Source: Thermoleophilaceae bacterium
GTDB taxonomy: Bacteria; Actinomycetota; Thermoleophilia; Solirubrobacterales; Thermoleophilaceae
Direction: 5' to 3'
DNA length: 24,000 bases
Assembly: GCA_035639555.1 (NCBI GenBank)
Contig: DASQXU010000259.1
Span: 557-24,556, forward strand
Position 1 is the first letter of the stretch. Every line of letters starts with the position of its first letter. The notes beneath the pieces are model-generated. The model worked only from the letters and a program-made list of their open reading frames with translations. It was not told the DNA's origin and ran no database searches. A program made the position numbers and the translations under genes. Positions 14,430 through 22,123 of this stretch are shown here, piece after piece.

Positions 14430-15635
14430 ATGAGATACGAGGTTCGGGGCGAGGTCCCCAAGAAGCGACACACGGTCTTCCGCGACGACGGGCGCCTCCT
14501 CGTCGAGGAGGTGATGGGCTTCGAAGGTTTCTCCGGGAACGAGTCGATTCTCTACCACCTCCAGACGCCGTGCCGCGTCAAGGAGCTCGGCGAGTTCGCC
14601 CCGATCGAGCGAGAGGAGTGGGTGCCGGAGGCGCACGCCTGGCATCACCTGGAGACCGGCGGCGTCGAGCCCGCCGGCGACCCCGTCCACGGCCGTCGTC
14701 TCCTCATGTGGAACGAAGACGTGGAGATCGCCCTGTGCCGGCCGACCGAGGAGCAGCGGTTCTTCTTCCGTGACGGCGAGGGCGACGAGGTGATCTTCGT
14801 CCATCGGGGGTCGGGCGAGATCGAGACGACCTTCGGCACCCTCAGCTACCGCGAGCACGACTACGTCGTCATCCCGCGCGGTACGACCTATCGCTTTCGC
14901 CCGGAGGGAGAGCAGCTGTGGCTCACCTTCTTCACGCCGGGCGAGATCGAGACGCCCGACCGCTATCGAAACCGCTACGGGCAGCTACTGGAGCACGCCC
15001 CCTACTCGCAGCGTGACTTCCGCCCGCCCGGGGAGCTGGTCACCCACCGCGAGCAAGGCGAGTTCGAGCTCGTTGTCCGGGCCCGCGACGGCTACCAGCG
15101 CTATCTGCTCGATTACCACCCGCTCGACGTGGTCGGGTGGGACGGCTACGTCTACCCCTACACGTTCAACATCGACGACTTCGAGCCGGTCAGCGGGCGC
15201 ATCCACATGCCGCCCCCGGTCCACCAGACCTTCCAGGGCCCGAACTTCGTGATCTGCTCGTTCTGTCCGCGCCAGCTCGACTTCGATCCGGACGCCGTCC
15301 CGATCCCCTACAACCACTCCAACCTGCAGTCGGAGGAGATGATCTATTACGTCGCCGGCCACTTCGGGTCGCGGAAGGGCGTCGGCGTCGGGTCGATCAC
15401 CCTGCACCCCTCGGGGCTGCCCCACGGCCCGCAGCCGGGACTGTACGAGAAGTCACTCGGGAAGAAGTGGACGGACGAGCTGGCGGTGATGTGCGACACC
15501 TTCCGCCCGCTTCGCCTCAGCGCACTGGCGGGCGAGCTGGACGACGGGCGCTACGCGCTCAGCTGGTACGAGGCTTCCGCGGATGCGGAACACGCCGGGG
15601 CGGGAAGCCCGGCGGGGGTCACGAGCCACCTCTAG
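14430..15635 (+). CDS. hmgA: homogentisate 1,2-dioxygenase (short bacterial type)
   Basis: ~401 aa. ATG 14430 lies 7 nt after AAGGAGGG (14416-14423), so the track TTG at 14424 is less likely. Cupin-type protein with ...GFSGNESILYH..., FRPPGE, HMPPPVHQTF and HPSGLPHGPQPG. Sits directly downstream of hppD. Confidence 0.87.
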   Translation: MRYEVRGEVPKKRHTVFRDDGRLLVEEVMGFEGFSGNESILYHLQTPCRVKELGEFAPIEREEWVPEAHAWHHLETGGVEPAGDPVHGRRLLMWNEDVEIALCRPTEEQRFFFRDGEGDEVIFVHRGSGEIETTFGTLSYREHDYVVIPRGTTYRFRPEGEQLWLTFFTPGEIETPDRYRNRYGQLLEHAPYSQRDFRPPGELVTHREQGEFELVVRARDGYQRYLLDYHPLDVVGWDGYVYPYTFNIDDFEPVSGRIHMPPPVHQTFQGPNFVICSFCPRQLDFDPDAVPIPYNHSNLQSEEMIYYVAGHFGSRKGVGVGSITLHPSGLPHGPQPGLYEKSLGKKWTDELAVMCDTFRPLRLSALAGELDDGRYALSWYEASADAEHAGAGSPAGVTSHL

Positions 15636-15694
15636 GGAGGGAGTGGCGTACACCCCCGCGGGGACCCGCCCCGGCCCCTGCGCTCCGGACGAGC

Positions 15695-16522
15695 TCAGAA
15701 GTACATGCCGCTGAACTGGCCGCCGGTCACGCTCAGCACCTGTCCGTGGACGTAGTTCGACCATGGTGAGCAGAGGAAGAAGACGCCGCCGGCCGCCTCC
15801 TCGACCTTCGCAGGCCGGCCCAGGGGGATGAGTAGGTACGCCATGGAGCGCATCTGCTCGGGGATGCCGAGCTCGATCTCCTGGCCATCCCTCCGGAACG
15901 TTCCACCCTCTTCCTTGCGCGCGGTGAGGCGGGTCTCGACGAACCCGAACGCCACGGCGTTCACGTTGATCTTGAACTGGCCCCACTCCTTGGCCAGCGT
16001 CTTGGTCAGCCCCACCACCCCGGACTTCGCGGCCGAGTAGTTGGCCTGACCGGCGTTGCCCATCATGCCCGAGATCGAGCTGACGTTTACGACCTTCCGA
16101 AACACCTCGCGGCCCTCGGCCGCCTCCCGCTTGGCCGGCTCGCGCAGGTAGGGAGCGGCCGCCCGCAGCACCCGGAAGGGCACGATCGTGTGGACGTCGA
16201 GCATCGCCTGGAACTGCTCGTCGGACATGTTGTGCACGGTGCCGTCCCAGGTGTAGCCGGCGTTGTTGACGATGATGTCGAGCTGCCCGAACTCGTCCAC
16301 CGCCTTGGTGACGAGCTGCTCGCAGACTCCCTCCTTGGTGAGATCCCCGCCGAACACGGCGGTCTCGCCCTCGATCTCGCTCGCGGTCTGCTCGGCGACG
16401 TCGGCGTCGAGGTCGTTGATCAACACTCGGGCCCCGTGCTCGGCGAGGAGCTCGGCCGTCGCTCGGCCGATGCCCCGCGCAGAGCCCGTGACGATCGCCG
16501 CCCTACCGTCGAGTACTCCCAC
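15695..16522 (-). CDS. short-chain dehydrogenase/reductase (FabG-like, classical SDR)
   Basis: 275 aa with a GTG start, 6 nt after the SD AGGAGA. Motifs: TGSARGIG (TGxxxGxG), NNAG, and the catalytic S...YSAAK. Confidence 0.85.
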   Translation of the reverse strand: MGVLDGRAAIVTGSARGIGRATAELLAEHGARVLINDLDADVAEQTASEIEGETAVFGGDLTKEGVCEQLVTKAVDEFGQLDIIVNNAGYTWDGTVHNMSDEQFQAMLDVHTIVPFRVLRAAAPYLREPAKREAAEGREVFRKVVNVSSISGMMGNAGQANYSAAKSGVVGLTKTLAKEWGQFKINVNAVAFGFVETRLTARKEEGGTFRRDGQEIELGIPEQMRSMAYLLIPLGRPAKVEEAAGGVFFLCSPWSNYVHGQVLSVTGGQFSGMYF

Positions 16523-16621
16523 AAGAACTCTCCTTGTTCGCTTGGTTCGAGGCCGGCGGAGCCGGCCGGCTCGGCATCATGACGGGAGGGCCGGCTCGGA
16601 TGGCCGCCACCGGGCCGGTGG

Positions 16622-17086
16622 CTAGTGGTGCCCGTGGACCAGGGCGTGTCCCTTCCCGCGCCGGATGAGGTGGCGATTCGCGGCGAAGGCGGGGCCGAAG
16701 GCGACCCCGAAGCCCCCGGCGATGCTCGCCCAGAAGAGCAAGTCCCCGAGGCCCGCGTCCATAGCTCCGGGCACGGCCAGCACGAATGCGTTGTCGATCG
16801 CCTCCATGATGGCGATCGAGACCGTCTCCGACGCGACGGCGATCGGGATCACCTCGGTAAACGAAAGCCCGGCGCGGAGCAGGGGCAGCGCGGTCAGGGC
16901 ATAGCCGAAGAAGAAGGCGAGCCCGACCGCTGCCCCGGTGGTGGCGAGATTGGCCCAGCCGAGTGCGGTCCCCAGGGCCATACCGCTCACCTCGCCGATC
17001 GCGCATCCGGTCAGGCAGTGGGCGGTGGCCATCAGTGCGAGGCGGTTGAGCGGACCCGCCCCGTGGGCTGTCGCCCCGTGCCCCAT
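16622..17086 (-). CDS. small polytopic membrane protein with HCxxGCxxGE motif (DUF4396-like)
   Basis: 154 aa with about 4 hydrophobic segments. N-terminal TAHCLTGCAIGEVSG and a His-rich C-terminus (HALVHGHH). The ATG lies 6 nt after the NmrA-like stop. The family name is from memory of the motif and was not verified. Confidence 0.6.
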   Translation of the reverse strand: MGHGATAHGAGPLNRLALMATAHCLTGCAIGEVSGMALGTALGWANLATTGAAVGLAFFFGYALTALPLLRAGLSFTEVIPIAVASETVSIAIMEAIDNAFVLAVPGAMDAGLGDLLFWASIAGGFGVAFGPAFAANRHLIRRGKGHALVHGHH

Positions 17087-17092
17087 CCTGGC

Positions 17093-17989
17093 TCAGGAAG
17101 CCACCGCGGGCCGCCGAGGCACGAGCTGGCCAAACCGTGAGCGCTTCGAGCGCGCCCAGTCCGCGTAGCGGCGCCACCCGACCTCCGGGTAGCGGCGGCG
17201 CAGGGCCGAGATGTCGACATCGTGGCCCACGCGCTCGAGCCAATCGAACAGGGCTCGAGGGCCGGATGGAAGCTCCTCCGGCGCGATCCGCTGCGCCTCG
17301 AGATCGAGGCCGACGGCGCTCGCGACGGCGGCGGCCGCCTGCTCGGCGGTCAGCTCGTCCGAGGCGACTCTGATCCGCTGACCGGCGAGCTCATCCCCCC
17401 GCTCGATGGCCAGAGCGGCAAGGGCGGCGAGGTCGGCGATCGCCACCTGCTGCAGCGGCATGTCGACGGGGACCGGACTGGGGAGGATGCCGCGGCTGAG
17501 GGCGGGCACGTTCCACGGGTTGAACAGGTTCTCCATGAAGTAGACCGGGGCGAGGATGGTGTATCCGACGCCGACCGACCGAATGTGCTCCTCGACCCTC
17601 GCCTTCACCCGAAAGAGCGGCAACGGGCTGTCGTGCGCGGCTCCGTCGCCCGAGCTGTACACGAGGTGCGCAACTCCGGCCGCGGCCGCGCCGTCGGCCA
17701 CGTTTCGGCCGTGGCGTAGCTCACCATCCGGCCCCGCCTGGTGCACCGTGCCGGTCGCGAAGAGAGCGTCGGCGCCGGCTGCCGCGGTCTCGATGCTCGC
17801 GGGGTCCTCGAAATCGCCGAACACCAGATCGACTCCCAGGCCGCCCAGCAGCGCTGCGGCGGGCGAGCTCGGGTCGCGGGTCATCGCCCGGACCGAGTGC
17901 CCGCGGGCGAGCAGGATCTCGACGATCACCCCGAGCCGCCCGGTCGCCCCTGCGACCACCACCGTCTTCGGCCGGGCCTCAGTGGGCAT
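17093..17989 (-). CDS. NmrA-like / atypical SDR NAD(P)-binding protein
   Basis: 298 aa. N-terminal Rossmann fingerprint VVVAGATGRLG followed by an NmrA-like body. The start overlaps the permease stop by 11 nt (ATGCCCACTGA). Confidence 0.75.
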   Translation of the reverse strand: MPTEARPKTVVVAGATGRLGVIVEILLARGHSVRAMTRDPSSPAAALLGGLGVDLVFGDFEDPASIETAAAGADALFATGTVHQAGPDGELRHGRNVADGAAAAGVAHLVYSSGDGAAHDSPLPLFRVKARVEEHIRSVGVGYTILAPVYFMENLFNPWNVPALSRGILPSPVPVDMPLQQVAIADLAALAALAIERGDELAGQRIRVASDELTAEQAAAAVASAVGLDLEAQRIAPEELPSGPRALFDWLERVGHDVDISALRRRYPEVGWRRYADWARSKRSRFGQLVPRRPAVAS

Positions 17990-19247
17990 GGGTGGCCTGC
18001 CGTGCCCGGGCGGGGCGGTGGCGATAGCGGTCCGGGTCGGCCTCGAACGCGTGGAGGCAGTGCTCGGAGCAGAAGTGATAGGTCTGGCCGGCCAGTTCCT
18101 TGTGGATCGCCCTCGCCCGGTCGACCTTCATGCCGCAGACCGGATCGGTGGCTCCGCGGCGGATCGTCGGGTAGAGGAGGGCGGCGAAGACGAACGACGC
18201 GACGACGTTCAGGAACAGCTTGTAGTTGACGGTCACCGACCCGAAGACGTCGGCGCGCGACGGGCGAGCGCCCGACGGGATCAGCCCGAGACCTCCGAAC
18301 AGGGCGTCGATGATCAGGGCGCTCACGACCATGGTCACGAACATCAGCGCCGTGATCCTGAGCGCGAACCCGAAGCCGTAGTACTTCCGGTAGGCGACGA
18401 GGATCGGCAGGACGATCAGGTCGGCGAACAGGAATGAGATGACGCCGCCGAACGAGATCCCGCCCGACCACAGCACGGCGGCGAGGGGCACGTTGCCGAT
18501 CGAGCAGACGAAGCTGAGCACGGCGATGACCGGGCCGACGAGGACGTTCTCGAGCGTGCGGAGCACCGGAGGCGCGTCGGTGACGAACAGGGCACTCCAG
18601 AAGTCGTTGCCGAGCAGTCCGATGAAGCCGGCGAGGAAGAAGCCGATGGCGATCTCCTTCCAGAGCATCTGCCAGTCGCCGCGGAAGTTGTGCGCCACGT
18701 CGAACCAGGCGTCGCCACTCGTCAGGCGCCGACGCCAGCCGAGGCCCTCCGAGACGGCGGCGTGATGCTCATGGCCGCTGGCCGCCTCCTGTGCGTGGCG
18801 ACGCGCGCGCTCCTCGAGCCGTGGCGAGACGAAAGCCCGCAGCAGGAGCGACATCAGGACAATCAGGAGGATCCCGCCGACGTACTCGGCGAGCGTGAAC
18901 TGCCAGCCGATCAGCACCCAGAGCACGAGGCCGAGCTCCCAGACCAGGTTGGTCGAGGCGAACTGGAAGGCGAGCGCCGAGGCGGCGGAGGCGCCCTTCT
19001 GGAACAGCGACTTGGCGATCGCGATCGCGGCATACGAGCACGACGAGGAGGCCGCACCGAGGCCGGTCGCTTTGGCCACGGGCCCGAACCCTCCGCCCGA
19101 CAGCGCGCTCTCGATCCGGCGCCGCGGCACCCAGGCCTGCACGATCGCCGAGATCGCGAAGCCGAGGACCAGCGCCCACCAGACCTCGTATGCCATGAGC
19201 AGGGATTGCTCGAAGCCCTCCCCGACGGTGCTCACTACATCGGCCAT
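17979..19247 (-). CDS. COG0701/ArsP-like (UPF0718) permease fused to a C-terminal YHS/TRASH metal-binding domain
   Basis: 422 aa and polytopic. Two repeat-associated Cys motifs (GAASSSCSYAAIA and FVCSIGNVPLAAVLW) and a His-rich loop (GHEHH). The C-terminal DPVCGMKVD...YHFCSEHCLHAF is a YHS/TRASH signature, and the tail ends ATHAH. Confidence 0.75.
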   Translation of the reverse strand: MADVVSTVGEGFEQSLLMAYEVWWALVLGFAISAIVQAWVPRRRIESALSGGGFGPVAKATGLGAASSSCSYAAIAIAKSLFQKGASAASALAFQFASTNLVWELGLVLWVLIGWQFTLAEYVGGILLIVLMSLLLRAFVSPRLEERARRHAQEAASGHEHHAAVSEGLGWRRRLTSGDAWFDVAHNFRGDWQMLWKEIAIGFFLAGFIGLLGNDFWSALFVTDAPPVLRTLENVLVGPVIAVLSFVCSIGNVPLAAVLWSGGISFGGVISFLFADLIVLPILVAYRKYYGFGFALRITALMFVTMVVSALIIDALFGGLGLIPSGARPSRADVFGSVTVNYKLFLNVVASFVFAALLYPTIRRGATDPVCGMKVDRARAIHKELAGQTYHFCSEHCLHAFEADPDRYRHRPARARQATHAH

Positions 19248-19260
19248 CGGTTGCGAGGAT

Positions 19261-19277
19261 ATACCCTACCCGGGTAT
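19261..19277. promoter_or_regulatory. CsoR-type operator (ATACCC-N5-GGGTAT)
   Basis: ATACCCTACCCGGGTAT lies in the 39-bp gap between the permease ATG (19247) and the csoR ATG (19287). It closely resembles known G/C-tract pseudo-palindromic CsoR boxes such as the B. subtilis copZA-type TACCCTAC..GGGGGTA. It overlaps the -10-like TATAGT (19275-19280). Confidence 0.65.
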
Positions 19278-19286
19278 AGTCTGCAC

Positions 19287-19586
19287 ATGGCAGACGAGGG
19301 ATCGGTCACCCGCGGCTACTCGGCGACGAAGGCCGAGCTACTGAACCGGCTGGCCCGGGTCGAGGGGCAGGTGCGCGGGGTCTCCCGCATGGTCGAGGAG
19401 GACCGCTACTGCATCGACGTCCTGACCCAGATCGCCGCGGCACAGGCGGCACTCGACAAGATCGCTCTCGGCCTCCTCCACGACCACGCCCGCCACTGCA
19501 TGCTCGGCGAGGGTCAGGCGCCCGAAGACCCACGTGACCAGGTCGACGAGCTGATGGGCGCGGTCGGCAGGCTGGTCCGCAGGTAA
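19287..19586 (+). CDS. csoR: CsoR/RcnR-family metal-sensing repressor with Cu(I)-type x-C-H-C ligand fingerprint
   Basis: 99 aa. Motifs: RLARVEGQVRGVSRMVEEDRYCIDVLTQIAA... and LLHDHARHC, with His and Cys spaced H-x3-C. The track ORF start at 18690 is rejected. The ATG lies exactly 6 nt after TATAGT with no SD, so the transcript is probably leaderless. Confidence 0.88.
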   Translation: MADEGSVTRGYSATKAELLNRLARVEGQVRGVSRMVEEDRYCIDVLTQIAAAQAALDKIALGLLHDHARHCMLGEGQAPEDPRDQVDELMGAVGRLVRR

Positions 19587-19616
19587 GCATTGCTCAGTTT
19601 TTGTTAAGCGATGCTT
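19585..19616 (+). terminator. A/U-rich hairpin overlapping the csoR stop codon (possible weak terminator)
   Basis: AAGCATTGC (19585-19593) pairs with GCGATGCTT (19608-19616), giving 9 bp including one G-U. The loop is 14 nt and is followed by only T then G. It sits in an unusually A+T-rich 90-bp island. Confidence 0.3.
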
Positions 19617-19674
19617 TGAAGGCGCCGGTCTTGGGAATACCGGCCGTCGGAAAAACGCAAGTGGGGAGGGTTCT

Positions 19675-21180
19675 ATGCGGATGCTTCGCAGGCTCGGAGG
19701 CCTGGTCGTGTGCGTCGGTGCGGCGCTCTTGGCTGCGTCACCCGCGGGGGCGTCGGTCACCACTCCAGTGCAGGTGACCGGCAGCTCGCCCTTCGTGCCG
19801 GGGTGCGCCGGTCCGGGCCACGACCCGACAGGAAGGCTGTACGAGGAGGGGGAGGTCGAGCCGTGGGTGGCGGTCGACCCCGCCGACCCGAGCAACATCG
19901 CCGGCAACTGGCAGCAGGACCGCTGGAGCGACGGCGGCTCGCACGGCCTCGTGGCCAGCGGCTCGACGACGGGCTCGTTCGGGCCCGAGACCTTCGCGGA
20001 CTTCAGCCGCTGCCCGCTGTTCGCGCACTACGGCAATCCGGATGCGCAGGAGCCGGGCAGGGAGTTCGATCGCGCCAGTGACCCGTGGGTCTCGTGGGGC
20101 AGCGGGCACCGGCTGCACCAGATCGCGCTAACGCTCAGCCAGCCGGACTTCGGCCTCGGGTTCAACTCCGGGATTCTCGCCTCCTACTCCGACGACTTCG
20201 GGGCCCACTGGTCGCACCCCCAGGTCATCAAGCAGGATCAGGGCGGCAACAACCTCAACGACAAGGAGTCGATCACCGGCGACCCGGCCAGCGGCTACGT
20301 GTACGCGATCTGGGACCGCCTGGTGGTGGCGAACAGCCACGCGAACCTCCACGCCGTCGAGAACGCCATCGGCTACCGCGGGCCCACGTGGTTCGCGTCG
20401 AGCGCCAACAACGGCCAGAGCTGGTCGCCCGCGCGCAAGATCTACGACCCGGGTGAGAACAACCAGACGATCGCCAATCAGATCGCGGTGGAGCCGGACG
20501 GGACGCTCCTGGACGTGTTCATCTTGATCAACAACTTCAAGAACGCGCACGGGACTCGGGGCTTGAACGTCGCTGTGATGCGCTCGTCCGACCACGGCCT
20601 GACCTGGTCGAGGCCGGTGATCGTCAGCAAGCTGGCGGACAAGACCGTGGTGACGCCGGGCGACAACCTGCCGGTGCGGACCGGGGACATCATCCCCGAC
20701 ATCGCGATCGATCGCTCCTCGGGCGCGGCGTACGTGGTCTGGCAGGACGCCCGCTCGGGAACGCCCGCGATCTATCTCGCGAAGTCGACCGACGGCGGCG
20801 TCCACTGGAGCGCCCCCCAGAAGGTGAGCGACTCGCCGGCCGGCGTCCAGGCGTTCACCGGATCGGTCGACGTGAACAGCAACGGGGCGGTCGGAGTGAC
20901 GTTCTACGACTTCCGCAACGACACGTCCAGCACCGCGACGGCGTTGACCGACTACTGGTTCCGCGCATCGACCGACGGCGGCGCGAGTTGGGGCAACTCG
21001 CAGCGGGTGACGCCGACATCGTTCGACATGAAGACGGCGCCGGTGGCCCGTGGCTTCTTCGTGGGCGACTACGAGGGGCTCGACCACGCGGGGAGCACGT
21101 TCAAGGTCTTCTTCGTGCAGACGGATAGCACGCCCGGGACCAGCCCGACCGACGTGTTCTCGGCGAACGCGACTCCGTAG
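19675..21180 (+). CDS. secreted BNR/Asp-box repeat protein (sialidase-like beta-propeller fold)
   Basis: 501 aa, with the SD GGGGAGGG 5 nt upstream. Signal peptide MRMLRRLGGLVVCVGAALLAASPAGA. Five Asp-boxes (SxDxGxxW): SDDFGAHW, SANNGQSW, SSDHGLTW, STDGGVHW and STDGGASW. Confidence 0.8.
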   Translation: MRMLRRLGGLVVCVGAALLAASPAGASVTTPVQVTGSSPFVPGCAGPGHDPTGRLYEEGEVEPWVAVDPADPSNIAGNWQQDRWSDGGSHGLVASGSTTGSFGPETFADFSRCPLFAHYGNPDAQEPGREFDRASDPWVSWGSGHRLHQIALTLSQPDFGLGFNSGILASYSDDFGAHWSHPQVIKQDQGGNNLNDKESITGDPASGYVYAIWDRLVVANSHANLHAVENAIGYRGPTWFASSANNGQSWSPARKIYDPGENNQTIANQIAVEPDGTLLDVFILINNFKNAHGTRGLNVAVMRSSDHGLTWSRPVIVSKLADKTVVTPGDNLPVRTGDIIPDIAIDRSSGAAYVVWQDARSGTPAIYLAKSTDGGVHWSAPQKVSDSPAGVQAFTGSVDVNSNGAVGVTFYDFRNDTSSTATALTDYWFRASTDGGASWGNSQRVTPTSFDMKTAPVARGFFVGDYEGLDHAGSTFKVFFVQTDSTPGTSPTDVFSANATP

Positions 21181-21187
21181 CCGTTTC

Positions 21188-21225
21188 GCATCGGGGGGCG
21201 CGGCGACCGCCGCGCCCCCCGATGC
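21188..21225 (+). terminator. perfect 18-bp G+C-rich inverted repeat (factor-independent-terminator-like hairpin without U-tract)
   Basis: GCATCGGGGGGCGCGGCG-AC-CGCCGCGCCCCCCGATGC begins 8 nt after the BNR gene stop. No T-run follows on either strand. Confidence 0.55.
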
Positions 21226-21240
21226 GGCTACCGTGACGGC

Positions 21241-22110
21241 GTGCCCGCGCCGCTGCTCGCCGTCGACGCCCCCTCGATGCTGTTCAGGGCGTTCTACGCC
21301 CTGCCGACCTCCATCGAGGGCCCGGACGGCACCCCGGTGAACGCGCTCCTCGGCGCGGCCAACCTGATCCTCCGGGAGGTCGAGCGCCACCGGCCTCGCG
21401 CGGTGGTCCTCTGCTTCGGCCCCGATGCCGCCGACTACCGCGTCGAGCTGTTCCCCGACTACCACGCCCACCGCGTCGAGATGCCCGCCGAGCTGGCCCC
21501 CCAATTCGCCGACGCCTCGGCGTTCTTCGGCTCGTTCGGCTGGACGATCGCGACGCACGACTCGCTCGAGGCCGATGACCTCCTCGGCTCCTTCGCGAGA
21601 CGTGAGGCCGACGCCGGCGGCCGGGCGCTGCTCCTCACCGGAGACCGCGACATGTTCCAGTGCGTCGGCGAGGCGGTGACCGTCCTCTTCGTCCGGACGG
21701 GTGCCAAGGGCCCGGAGGAGGTCGACGAAGCCGCGGTGGAGCGCCGCTACGGCATTCGACCCGAGCTCGTCCCTGACTTCATCGCCCTGCGCGGCGATCC
21801 CTCGGACGGCATCCCGGGCGCCAAGGGCGTGGGCGACAAGACCGCGGCCGAGCTGCTTCGCGAGCACGGCTCGCTCGAGGCGACGCTCGCCCGAGCGGTG
21901 CGCGAGCGACGCCCCCGCCTGCGCGGGGCGCTGCTCGAGGGGCGCGAGCGGCTGCTGGCGTTCAAGGCGATCGCGACCCTGCGCGACGCCGACGTCGAGC
22001 GGCCCGCGGATCGCCCGACCGACTGGGTGTCCGCGGCCGGTGCGGCGCGGGAGCGTGGAATGAACCGCCTGGCCGAACGCCTGGAGCGCGCTGCGGCCGG
22101 CTCGGGGTAG
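21241..22110 (+). CDS. stand-alone 5'-3' exonuclease / flap endonuclease (Pol I N-terminal-domain family)
   Basis: 289 aa with a GTG start. Motifs: LLAVDAPSMLFRAFYA, LEADDLLGS, LLTGDRDMFQ, and the H3TH block LRGDPSDGIPGAKGVGDKTAAELL. Confidence 0.85.
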   Translation: MPAPLLAVDAPSMLFRAFYALPTSIEGPDGTPVNALLGAANLILREVERHRPRAVVLCFGPDAADYRVELFPDYHAHRVEMPAELAPQFADASAFFGSFGWTIATHDSLEADDLLGSFARREADAGGRALLLTGDRDMFQCVGEAVTVLFVRTGAKGPEEVDEAAVERRYGIRPELVPDFIALRGDPSDGIPGAKGVGDKTAAELLREHGSLEATLARAVRERRPRLRGALLEGRERLLAFKAIATLRDADVERPADRPTDWVSAAGAARERGMNRLAERLERAAAGSG

Positions 22111-22123
22111 GAATTCGGCAGCG

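Noticed and set aside
15654-15663. Palindrome CCCCGCGGGG in the 59-bp convergent gap between hmgA and the SDR gene.
   Set aside because: It is too short, and its loop is too small to form a meaningful RNA hairpin. It is probably compositional.
16564-16599. Direct repeat GGCCGGCTCGG (16564-16574 and 16589-16599) and the hairpin GGCCGGC-GGA-GCCGGCC (16551-16567) between the DUF4396-like gene and the SDR gene.
   Set aside because: These are composed only of CCGG/GGCC-type words that are abundant throughout the window. Chance occurrence is plausible and no functional geometry is evident. At most this is a weak terminator candidate.
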